Under the pieces are notes generated by a model. The model ran no database searches and had not been told where the DNA came from. It was given only the letters and a program-made list of their open reading frames with translations. Positions 25,014-37,029 of a stretch of DNA of 64,000 nt are shown piece by piece. The first letter of the stretch is position 1. Each line of letters starts with the position of its first letter. Origin of the DNA: Eledone cirrhosa (Eukaryota); contig OZ024745.1 in assembly GCA_964016885.1 (NCBI GenBank), positions 57,350,001-57,414,000 on the forward strand, given 5' to 3'. Made by a program: the position numbers and the translations under genes.

Positions 25014-26999
25014 ATGGCTAATTCACCACTGCACCAAGCAGCTGAAAGCCTTTCTCACAAATTAACACCTCACACCGACACCACCATTGTAAATGATACT
25101 ACGTTTGCCAACACAAACAATTTAAGCACTAGCAATATTTTAAATTTGTCTCAGGCAGACATTCATTTCCCGCCATTACCAATGACTGCAGGTGTTAAAG
25201 CCGCCACCACCACCACCACCGCGACAACCACCACACCTACCACCACCGCGACAACAGAAACAAAAGGAAAAAATACATCAACTCGTGATGTCGAAATATT
25301 TTCAACCAAAATGGACTCTCCCAAACCGAACATCACTGACGTCACCACCACCACAACTGAAACTAAAATTAATAATAACAAAAATAACGATAGCAACAAC
25401 AACACAATGACATTAAAAAAACCACCCTGAGTTTTGCCAGAGTTGCAAAACAATGCGAAGCATTTACGGTAACTCAGGAGGAATTAGAAAATGCCAAACA
25501 AATGGTAAAAAAAGATGGGTACAGGGTCAGCCCCCCCCCCCCCACACACACACCTAATAAAATGGAGCATCGGCGCCTGTGCACCGTGTCGTATAGAACA
25601 ATAAATGTAAAATCGCGCCGAGTGGAACGGGCATCCGAGTCCCAAATCCAAAAAGCTTTGGGACATGTGTGGGCAAGAAAAACGCACATCAGACGTGGGC
25701 AAAAGTATGGAACCGTGGATGTGTTCTTTGAAACACCAGAGGAGGCTAGAGAACACTCCATGGCCCCATTAAAAAGTGACGACCTCACACTCGTCCCAAG
25801 CTATTGTGGTCAGAGACTCGTAAAGATCAGGGTGACCCACGTTCCACCGGCCATCGAAATTCCCTGGCTAATAGCGGCTGTCCTCGCCGGCATCGAAGCC
25901 AACACGAAAATAATAGCAGTAGCAAAAGAAAAGCAGGAAAACTGGTCCGGATCTGGGATGGAGCTCCTGATCCAAGCGGACCAAAAAAGCATTGAGGAGA
26001 TCCCAGAGGTAATAGACCTCACTGACGGCAGCCACCTCACGGTAATTGTCGAGGGCAGAAGACCTAGGTGTGTCGTTTGTGGTGAAGGAACCCACCTAAG
26101 GGCTTTCTGCCCTCAGGCTAAAAGGTTGAGGCCACCTCTCCTACCCACCCCAGTGACACAAGCAGTAGCAGAGATGGCAGCAATAACTGTAGCAGCAACA
26201 ACAGAAGCAACTATAACAGCAACAACCCCAGCAACAGTAGCAAAACCAACACCACCAACACCACCACCAGCAAAACCAACACTACCACCACCCAACGCTT
26301 CAGAACTAGCACCAGCGCCTACACCATCCACGACGCCACAACCAAAACTAACGCCTGTGGAGTATTTTCCACTCCCCGGCCTATCACAACTGGAGACAGA
26401 TTGTGACGACGAGGAGTGGGAAACGGTATCAGGAAAAAAAAAGAAACCAAAAAAGAAAAAATTCTCTTCCTTCCCCCTCCAAAAACAAAATACAGAGGGA
26501 AACAAATAAAATAACAAACAAAAAAGTTAGGACAGATATGCCACCATCCACACCAGCATCACCAACCCCATCAACCCAAACACCAACACCATCACCATCA
26601 TTAACCCCAACACCACCATCACCTACACCACAAAAGTCACCAAAATGCGAATCAGTAACAAACCCACAACAAACGCAAACAAAACAAAACAACCAAAACG
26701 ATACACACTACACAGCACTAAATTTGAACAACAAGCAATTATTACACTACATCCAACACAACACCAGCATCACAGAAAAAGACTACACAACAACCCCAAA
26801 ATTCACACCACCTCCACACATACAAATCACTCGCATCACACAGAAAACGTACATGACACTAAAACAAAAATTCCCCAAAGACATCGGAGACTTCCGACAA
26901 GCACTCTCCAGGAGGATTTATAAGGACATCCTTCCTGAGGAGGCCACAAGCAGTGAAAAGGATGGAAAAACCGTCCTTCCTCTACGAGAAGTAAGGTAA
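25014..26999 (+). pseudogene. Tx1 ORF1 (gag-like), two frameshifts in A-runs (~25420, ~26440)
   Basis: VEGRRPRCVVCGEGTHLRAFCP (CX2CX4HX4C), followed by Pro/Thr-rich low-complexity region and EWETVSGKKK motif. Confidence 0.82.
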
Positions 27000-27033
27000 G
27001 TGGTCTTTCCCATCTTTTCCACTCCATTTCAAC

Positions 27034-30000
27034 ATGACCTCACTCAGAATAGGCAGCATAAATGCGCGTGGCTTGGGGTCGTCATGGAAGCAGGGCCACC
27101 TCCTCAACGACCTCAAGTCACTAAACATAGATATAGTGGCCATCAGCGAGACCAGAATCTCCGAAGCACGGGCCTTCGCACCGATCTTCGGCGGCTACGA
27201 TGTGTACGCATCTCCCAGCCGTCCGGGATCGGGGGGAAGAGTTGCTGTGCTTTTTCGGAGAAGTTTGGATCTTGCCATACGGGCCATCTTCCTGGACCCA
27301 GAAGGTAAGTTGGTGGTGCTGGACGTGACCAGCGGAGACGGGCAAGCTTTCAGGTTAGTGGCCGTCTATGCCCCGACAGGAGCAGGGCGGCCTGATTTCT
27401 TCCGGCGTCTAGAGACCTTTCTTGGAACGTCCCGCTCTTTAGTGTTAGTGGGCGACTGGAACGGGATCTTAGATGCACGCTGGGATTGTGTGGGATTAGT
27501 GGATAGGGAAGGAGGGTGCAAGAGTCTCACCAACCTGCTCAGGCGTTTTGAACTGTCTGACAGGTACCGAATGGATTTCCCGAATGTACCAATGTGGACT
27601 TGGACAAATCGCATATGGTCATCCAGATCATATCTAGATAGAGTATTTTGTAGGGAAATAGATAGGTCTAGCATAGGCTGTCCACAATTCAAGATAGTCA
27701 GGTACACGGACCACAAATTCGTGATCTGTGTGCTTGACTTAGATAGGCTTCATAGACGAGGACCCGGCTACTGGAAGCTAAACGCGTCCTTACCAGCGCG
27801 CAAGGCCTACATAGACCGGATTAGCGAACTAGTTAAGGGGGCGTTGACGGGGGCCATCGTCAACAACAAGTGGTTGTTTGCTCTGAAAGAGCAATTAGAA
27901 TAGAGTCCATTAGGTTTAGTAAGGCTTTAGCAATAGAGAGAAATAGAGCAGAGGGAGAATTAGTTAGAAAATTAAACGAGGCGCTTAGCAAAGGCATCTC
28001 GACCGACGTACTTGCGGCGAAATTGGCCCTTGACCAATTCTTCAATGCAAAGCACGAAGGCTGCGTTGTCAGAGCTAGGGTGCGTGCTCTCAGACACGAG
28101 GGGACGAAAGCCGTCAATGGGCCCGAGTGGCGGAGGCGTGTCGTGGCAACAAAGCCACGATCCGGTCTTTGGTGGACCACGACGGGCGCATGCTACTCGA
28201 TCCCGGGCAAATGTGTGAAGCTTTTCAGCGACACTTCGCTCAACTGTTCGGGGGCAGTGGCGGGCCAGATCGAGGGATGGACTTTAGTGTCTACCTCGAC
28301 GGACTGCCACGGCTTTCGGCCACTGAGGCGGAATGTTGCGAAAAGCCGATAACAACCGCTGAAGTAAGGGAGGCAATGACTGGCTGCACAAGGGGTAAAT
28401 CGCCTGGTTTGGATGGTCTGCCCTATGAACTTTACGTACAAATGCCAGACTTGTTCGGAGGCCTCTTGGCGGACGTCTACTGCAACTGGCAACAGAACGG
28501 GAGAATTCCTAGCTCTGTGAGCCGAGGAGCGGTGGTGCAGCTGAGAAAGGATCCGAACAAGGGGGATAACATAGATAATTTTAGGCCCATAACTCTGCTA
28601 AACACAGAGTTCAAGATTTTGGCCAAGGTGCTAGCAAAGAAGTTGGCGCTTGTCGTTGGTGGTCTGGTGGGAGAGGCACAGACATGCGCCATTCCCGACA
28701 GATCCATCCACGACAACGTCCACCTCATGCGATACATCGTAGAGAGCGTAGCTAGGGAACCTGGCACGGGTGGGTCTTTGATCAATTTAGATCAGTCGAA
28801 AGCCTTCAATAAGGTCGACCATCGTTACCTAGTGGCAGTCCTGAGGGCGGCTGGCTTTGGGCCCGTCTTCAGAGGCTGGATCGCTGCCATGCACTGCGAC
28901 ATCTGCTCTGTAGTGAGAGTGAAGGGTCACCTTTCGGAACGGTTCAACATTATGCGCTCGGTCGGCCAAGGATGTCCCCTCTCGCTCCTATTGCACGTAT
29001 TGACTCTCAAGCCATTACTGCACAAACTGGAGACGTTGAGGGGGGTCCCGCGCGAACTAGGATGCGGAAGATCCGTGTCAGCATATGCGGACGACGTCAC
29101 CGTAGTGGTGTCGAACGCCAAACACATCGAGGCGATCGGCACTACAGTAAGAGAATACGAAGCGGTGACAGGAGCAATGATCAACCAGGAAAAGTCAGTG
29201 GGCCTGCAGCTCGGCACCTGGAGAGGCAGGTCCATGCCGTCCAACAGCGTCGTCGGGCGCTGAACGGACGGACCGGTAAAATTACTAGGGGTCTGGTTCG
29301 GTCCAGACCACCAGACGGACAAAAACTGGGACGAGGTGACGAGCAGGGTGGCTTCTCTCACCCAGAAATGGGCCGCGAGGAAGCTATCCCTGAAAGGTCG
29401 AGCGGAGGTGGCTAACGCGTACATCGCGTCCGTCATCTACTACCGCCTGACCGTCGTACCTTGTCCTAAGTCCCGCCTGACTGCGCTGGAGCGTTTGCTC
29501 TTTCGCTTCTTGTGGAAGGGACGCGCTCCGATGGTCAGGCGGTCCATCTGCTGTCAACACCCGCTACGTGGAGGGCTGGGCATGCCGTGGCTGATGATGC
29601 GCAGGCACGACCTCAGGCTACGACATCTCCACCTCTTCCTCGACGGTGGTCAGGTGTGGTCGCCGTTTGCTAGACACGTTTTTCCCCAGCTCGTCTCCTT
29701 GACGGAGCTGCAGTCCTGGGTCAAGCGAAGACCGAGAGAGGGCGATTAGAGACTGGAATGTCTTCAGGCGCTCACAGCCCTCGACCATTCGGGCAATGTG
29801 ATCGGTGGAAACTCCACCTTGGCGTTCTATAGGGGATTAGTGGAGGGGAAGAGCGACGACGTACTTGGAGAAACTCTAGGCGTCGACGAAAATCAACTAG
29901 CCAATCTCTTCGGAAGGACTTTCGGGCCGGGGCCTATGGACAACTTCCAGAAATCCCTGGCCTGGCAGTGCTACCGGGGAGCTTTGCCAGTTCGGGATAA

Positions 30001-30451
30001 ACTCTACAGGCATGGAGGTGCCGTCAGCCGGGCATGTCCGAGATGCGCACAGGGCGACGAAACCGTCCTGCACGCACTCGTCCAGTGTCCGAGATTTGCT
30101 GACTTGTGGGTTTATGTCAAACACCTGCTGTCACGTGTAGGACGGTTCCAGCTATCAGCTGAGTCCATCGTGAGGATTGCCCCGCCCTCTTCCTTTAGCC
30201 GGGAAGGGCAGGCAGTTTTTATCTGTCTGGTGGCCATGGCGAAAGAGATAGTATGGTGGACACGTTTGAAAAGGCTGAAGACGAGCACTTACCTCTTCGG
30301 TGATGCCCTGATTAACTTTTTCAAATTTCATTTGAAAAGGAAAATCAGAGTAGAGAGGGAAGTGCTCTCTTCCCAGCATTTTGTTGAAAGATGTGTGAGA
30401 GAAGCAAGTATGGCCCGAATGAATGGGCCTTCTCTGAGTATGTGTCTGTAA
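27034..30451 (+). pseudogene. Tx1 ORF2: AP endonuclease + reverse transcriptase + C-terminal zinc finger
   Basis: APE: INARGL, SETR, VYAP, GDWN, LDRVF, TDH. RT: KSPGLDGL, NFRPITLLN, LDQSKAF, QGCPLS, AYADDV. CPRC..ETVLHALVQC. Two frameshifts (~27890, ~28125) and two likely Trp-to-stop changes (29261, 29747). Confidence 0.92.
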
Positions 30452-30742
30452 ATTAAAGGTGGAAAACTGGGAGAGGGCACTTGCCCTGGTGGTCAGGGTC
30501 ACTGTGGTCTTTTATTGGGCTTTCTCCACAAATGTCCCTCGGAAGTCTCCCCCCCTATTGGGGAATTTTTCATTGTTATTTTATTACATCCTCTGTTTTT
30601 TACACGCAGAAATGCCCATTTGTACCGTCCTTTATTGTCCTGTACTGTCCTTAATGTCTACTTTATGTAAACCCTTGTGGTTAATAAAGAAAACATTATC
30701 ATTAGTAGCAGTCACAAATATTATTATTATTATTATTATTAT

Positions 30743-30861
30743 TCTTTGAGTCTCAGTCATTGATGTTAGTTAACTGGAAAGTTTGTTGAAATGAATATCA
30801 AGCCACTACCTGCAGCCTCAGATATTCAGGACGTATCGGAGGGTTCTTGCTGTTCCCAGCA
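30743..30861 (-). mobile_element. R4/Dong family B1 3' stub (~120 bp)
   Basis: Matches 18480-18598. Flanked by (TAA)n. Confidence 0.88.
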
Positions 30862-30903
<42 letters not shown>

Positions 30904-30904
<1 letters not shown>

Positions 30905-31150
30905 TTTGAGTCTCAGTCATTGATGTTAGTTAACTGGAAAGTTTGTTGAAATGAATATCAAGCCACTACCTGCAGCCTCAGATATTCAGGATATATCGGA
31001 GGGTTCTTGCTGTTCACAGCAAGCATGCCTTTTGAAGCGTTCCAAAAAGCGTGAAGGGGCCAATTTTCTTTAACCATCCCTGGAAACTTTTTGAGATAGT
31101 CCCTAGTGCGCCTATAACAATCGAGATCACTTTGACTTCATGGCAGTTCC
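30904..31150 (-). mobile_element. R4/Dong family B1 3' stub (~250 bp)
   Basis: Matches 18480-18728. Flanked by (TAA)n. Confidence 0.88.
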
Positions 31151-31170
31151 ATTATTATTATTATTATTAT

Positions 31171-34100
31171 TTGCATTTATCTTGCTTTATGTTCATACGA
31201 GTTATCACCAAGTCACAACCAGTGACCTCAAGAGACAACAAGGTCCGCCATGTTCAAGAAAGAACATACATATTCACACATGCATCCTTAGTGTTTAGAC
31301 TTGTGATGTACTTATATTGACAGGATCTTCCATAGTATATGGGCAGTTCCCATTAGTACTATCTTTTGTATTTCTCCTATACGCGGGTTTCCTGGGATTT
31401 GCGATAAGTAGTCGTTAGACCCCTTAGGTATCATTCCCAGAGCGCCTACAACCACTGGTATTGTTTTAGTTCTCAATTTCCACATTTTTCCAATTTCTAT
31501 CTCCAGGTCCTTATACTTGCTCAATTTTTCAAATGTTTTTATAGATACATTCTTGTCTATTGGAACAGACATATCAATTAGCAGGCATACCCTCCTTTGA
31601 AAGTCCTTCAATATTATATCAGGTCTATTTGCATCTATTTTTCGGTCTGTTTGGATGCTAAAGTTCCACAAGATTGAGATGTGATCTTTTTCAAGTATGG
31701 GAGGTGGTTGATGCTCCCACCAATTCTTTTGATGGGGCAGGTCAAAATGCTTACACATTATCCAATGTATGTATTGTGCAGCTCTGTGATGCCTGTTTAG
31801 GTATTCGGTTGGAGCTATAGGACTGCACATTCAAATTATAGGAAAAATGTGGAAATTGAGAACTAAAACAATACCAGTGGTTGTAGGCGCTCTGGGAATG
31901 ATACCTAAGGGGTCTAACGACTACTTATCGCAAATCCCAGGAAACCCGCGTATAGGAGAAATACAAAAGATAGTACTAATGGGAACTGCCCATATACTAT
32001 GGAAGATCCTGTCAATATAAGTACAATGGTCTCTGGTTGTTTTTTGCATACACGGCATAATGGGCTGCACCCATTTTTTATTATGTTGGCTTGGTAATTT
32101 TTTGTTGGCAGACAATGATCTTGTGCCGATATAATCAGTCCTTCAGTCTCCGATTTCAGTCCAGAGGATGCCAACCACTGATGGGTTAAAGTTTTGTCAA
32201 CATCAGGATTGTTAGCTCGCTCTGGGTATGTTCCATACAGAGGCTTTTCTTGCCATTTCTTAGCCAGTTTCTGTAGCAGTTCTTTCTTTGCAGTTACTTT
32301 TACCTGCTTTGCTTTTTCTGTGTTTTCCATTTCAGCAGTAAATGGGACTTCTGAAATTTGTAGTCCATTACTGTATCTTTGTGCATCTTTTGTAATGGAA
32401 TATGATCTTTTGGTGCTTTCGTGTTTCAAAACGAGTTTGATCATCCAATCATGTGATTCCCTTAGATATGTGGATAATCCAATTGTTGCAGTTTTCAACG
32501 CAATGTCTAAACTGGATTAACCCACGTCCTCCTTCTTTCCTAGGGAGATATATTCTATCTATGTCTGCCTTAGGGTGATGCATTCTGTGCATGGTTAAGA
32601 ATTTTCGGATTTTTGTATCGAGCCTACGGATCTCTGTGCTTGACCAGTTGATGACATTGTAACTGTAGGTTACTACTGGTATGGCAAGCGTGTTTATGGC
32701 ATCGATCCTATTCCTTGCATTCAATTCCGTTCTTAAGATTGCTCTGACTCTGCGGTAATATTCCTTCCTTATCCTTTCCCTCATTGTCGAGTGCTTGATT
32801 CCGTCTCCTTCACAAACACCTAGATATTTGTAAGTTTTTTCTTGATCAAGCTCTCTTATCACGTTCCCCCGATCAATATTAATGTCTGAACTCTTCAGCA
32901 GCTTTCCTCTGGTGAACGTTGCTTTGGCGCATTTATCCAGTCCAAACACCATTTTAATGTCATCACTGAACTGCTTCACAGTGGATAATAACCCTTGCAA
33001 TTGTTCATCATTTTTTGCAAATAGTTTCAGGTCATCCATGTAGAACAGGTGATTAATGGTTTTGTCATAGACTCTATATGCATGTTTTGTTTCATTGAGC
33101 ATTTTACTTAATGGTATAAGTGCGATGCAGAATAAAAGCGGTGATAAAGAGTCACCCTGAAAAATTCCACAATTAATATTAACTTCTCCAGCTTCCAGTG
33201 ATTTTGTTTCACCATTCAAAAGGAGTGTCGTTCTCCATGTCTTCATACTGAATGACAAAAACCTCCTGACAACGGGGGATATTTTGAAAATCTCTAAACA
33301 TTTTTCAATCCAACTGTGTAGCAAACTATCGAATGCTTTTTTATAATCTATCCAAGCAATCGATAGATTTTTGTGTCTATTATGACAATCTTCCAGTATC
33401 ATTTTGTTAACCAGAAGCTGATCCTTACAGCCATATGAGCCTCGTTTACACCCTTTCTGCTCAATGGGAAATAGGTGATTTGTTATCAGGTGGTCATATG
33501 TGTATTCAGTTAGGACTGATGTTAAAATTTTATACATTGTGGTCAAGCAGGTTATCGGTCTGTAATTTTTGGGATTGTTTGTCTCATCATTCTTTGGTAG
33601 CAGGAATGTAATGCCGTTAACTAGCCATGATGGTATCTTTTCTGGCTCCTTAACTATTTCATTGTAAAGTTGGACTAACAGCTCATGAGACTCTGTGAAG
33701 GCATTTATCCAAAAGTTTTGTATTTTGTCTTTTCCTGGGGATTTCCATTTGCTGGTTTTTCTTAGAGCCAAGCGCAACTGTTCAACTGTTATATTTTCCC
33801 ATGTTTGTTCTTCAAGGTGAGCTGTATCTTTCATTTGTCTGTCTATCCATGGGGCATGTATGTTATGAACTTTTTCTTCGGCCCAGATCTTTTCCCAGAA
33901 TTCTTGCACTTCCTCCTTGGGCGGTATTGATTTAGCAGTTATTGTTGACTTACCAATTTTTCTGTAGAAGTTTCTTTGGTTGTTTTTGAACATATTATTG
34001 TCCTTATAGAATCTAGATCGTTTTTCAAAGCGCCTTATACGAGCAGCTTTGGCCGACACTTTTTGCTTGATTGTTTCTATCAGCATGTCTATGTCACATG

Positions 34101-34337
34101 TTGATCTTATACTGTACTTTTTTTTTCAATTTTCTAAGTTTAGTTTGTTTAACATGTTCACCTACTTTATAGTTTGTTAAAATTTCTATGTCAGATCGGA
34201 GAAGGTTTATTTGGCGATTGATGTTATCTTGCCAAGTAGATTTCTTGTGGGAATTCCTTTGTTTTTTCATCTTCACTCCACATAAGTGAGTGGTGACTTT
34301 AGCCGATGCATAATAGAGATGATTTAAGTCAGTAATG

Positions 34338-34340
<3 letters not shown>
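31171..34340 (-). mobile_element. R4/Dong family A copy 2, 5'-truncated, with internal inverted duplication
   Basis: 545-aa RT ORF 32449-34086 (QGDSLSP, FYMDDLKL) and RLE ORF 31312-31830. Complete 3' UTR joined to (TAA)n. Confidence 0.94.
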
Positions 34341-34341
<1 letters not shown>

Positions 34342-34390
<49 letters not shown>

Positions 34391-34391
34391 T

Positions 34392-34439
<48 letters not shown>
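34342..34439. repeat. (TTA)n(GTA)n compound microsatellite closing the retrotransposon array
   Basis: Direct reading. Confidence 0.95.
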
Positions 34440-35172
34440 AAGTAGATGCTCCTCCTGTAGTTATTGTTCCCGTTGTTAGGTTTGCTTTTGATAATATCTA
34501 TTTTCCCTGTCGTGATAGAAAGAATGATATCTAATATCGCTTTAAAATATACGTTGATACCATTTTGGCTTTTTTTAAAAAAGATTTATATATATTAACT
34601 TTGAAGAAGTTTCCAATTTTTAGTCAGATATCATATTACACTATTGACAGTGATAGATGGCGATGCGGATATCATTTTCTTTATTTTCAGACAAAAATCA
34701 ATATGTATATTCTGTAAAAGGTATGTTGAGTATTGAAAGTAGTAATTAAGAAAAATATATATTATCTAACATTACGATGCATACAACGTCTAATACTTAC
34801 CGTTTACTTTTGATGTTGTAATAATTTTGATATATCACCATATCATCGAGTGCGCTGTATACCCAGTAGTTATGGACTATAATTATCTATGCAATATCGC
34901 ACAAGAAAACTACTCGCAATATGTTTGACGTACAGTTTAATTTGCAGCTTGCCCACACAAATCAATTCCGTGGAACTGATGTCCAACTAGAATATATTAT
35001 ATGTTATCACTACGATAGCTAATAGAAATTAAATGAATAGCAACAAGTGTGGACATCAATTGTGGGATGCAACGAATGCTTTTGTTACACACACACACAC
35101 ACACACACATATGTATATATATATATATATATATATTAGATAGATATGTTCGGTATGTTCCTTTGCTTATAT

Positions 35173-35244
<72 letters not shown>

Positions 35245-36605
35245 CAGAAGTACCCGGCGTTGCTCGAGTGTAAGTCGACCTTTGCTCTGTTGTTAAAATG
35301 TGTGAAAGTTACTTCCCGCGCATCACAGGTGCAAAAACCTTCGAACCTTAAAGAAAAAAACAGAGGTTTACAGTGTATCGTTGAAATTGTTCTTTGCACG
35401 ACTGACGGAAGTCAAATTCACTTGAAATAGAATTTTCAGTTGTGAAGAAGTCAGGCTGAAAAAGTCGATTTTTTTACAGTTTTTTTTATTTTACAATTTT
35501 TGCGCTCACATGTGCAGAAGAAGAAATAAGTCTTTTGCGACAGTTTTCAAGAAAATCGGACGTTCCTGTAAAAAGTTTTCCCATATGCAACTTTGCCTTG
35601 TTTTTTGCGCAAAGTCGAACCTCCGCTTCAGTTTTATTGATTTTTTACATGAATGCGTGACCTCTGAAGTAGATTTGAGTAGCTAAAAACCTGTCGCGGT
35701 AAATTTGCTATAGGTGAAAAAAAGTTGATCAAAATTGTGTCTCGGGTTATTGCCCTTTGCAACAGCCTCAACGTGTCTTCAAGTATGATTTGTTAATTTG
35801 TTGTGGAACTAAATCGACTTTCGTCAAATCGGACCGAGGAAACAATGTTTCCATTTGTCTTTCTAGTTGGTGTACCCGGTTACAGTCGGCACTGGATTTA
35901 AACGGGTCTGCGCCAAATTCCAGTAGGATGCTTTAACCGAAATAAATTAAGAACAAACGTTTCTTTTTGTGCTCCAATCTGTGATATTGGTATTTTGAAA
36001 AAATAGTCCACAAACATCCATGGAGTATGTTTAACGCATGTATCAGGTTATGAGAAAAGGGCTTTTCGAATCTCCATTCATAAGATACCAAAAAAATGGC
36101 ACGCAAATAAACCGGGATTTTAAGGCAGTGCCCAATTCATAGCTGAAAGGTAAGAATCAAGTGGAATAACGTTTTGCGTATTGTCAAATGTACAACCGTA
36201 CAAAAGCAAAGGATATAGCCATTGAAATCTAGGTAGACCAAAGAATTTGGTGGGGTTGTATATCAGAGGATTGTTTTCCTTGTGATTCGCGTCTAGCCTA
36301 CAAAGTGAAGTTAGATGATTGTAGTCGGTGTTGTATCAATAAAAAATAAAAGCATACGGAAGACTGAACACTTACGAATTAAGTGAAAATCACGTTGATA
36401 TTCCTATCGGAGCAACATGTGCCGAAAAACCTGACGGACTGTTGTATCAATATTGAAATCGTAGAAATTGCGAATCCCGACCTCTAAGATGTAATGGAGG
36501 TGAAGAGGAAGAATTGGTACAATTGTTTTGCTGAACATGTTGACCATTAATTTAAATAGACTTACGCAGCCTCATCGTGCGGTTTTGTTGTTTATGGCCA
36601 ATAAT

Positions 36606-36785
36606 TGTCTCTACTTTAGGCACAAGGCCAGCAATTACCCAGTTCATTACTGGTACTTTATTTTATCGACCCCGTAAGGATGAAAGGCAAAGTCAACCTC
36701 GACGGGATTTGAACTCAGATCTTAAAAGGACGTAACTATTCTGGAAAGCATGGCGTCCGACCCTCTACTGATACTGCCAATCCAC
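36606..36785 (-). mobile_element. tRNA-derived SINE, nearly full length, 12-bp TSD
   Basis: TSD atggccaataat at 36594-36605 and 36786-36797. Confidence 0.9.
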
Positions 36786-37029
36786 ATGGCCAATAATGAG
36801 GGCCGGTTAAATGCGGCAGAAAAATAAGCCATGCTGATGATGTTTAGGAGCGTCGCAGGGAATTGTGAGGACATTGGAAGGCACGCTGATCACTTGAGAA
36901 GACAGATGATGAACATGTAATTAAAAATTAAAAAGATTTACCATGGACTATCGTGCACGTTGGTATTGTGTTTAGCTTGCGAACATCGGTGGTCAAATGG
37001 GGTAACAATAAGCCATGCTGATGATGTTT

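Larger units (their letters stand above)
24804..30694 (+). mobile_element. Near-full-length Tx1/L1-group non-LTR retrotransposon (ORF1 + APE-RT-Zn ORF2), inactivated
   Basis: 5' UTR, ORF1 with zinc knuckle, ORF2 with APE/RT/CCHC, and 3' UTR ending CCCTTGTGGTTAATAAAGAAAAC followed by ATTATCATT. Confidence 0.92.

Noticed and set aside
30700-30725. ttagtagcagtcacaaata resembles the 5' truncation point of the Dong B1 copy at ~19405-19423
   Set aside because: Only ~19 bp with several mismatches beside low-complexity sequence, so it cannot be told from chance.
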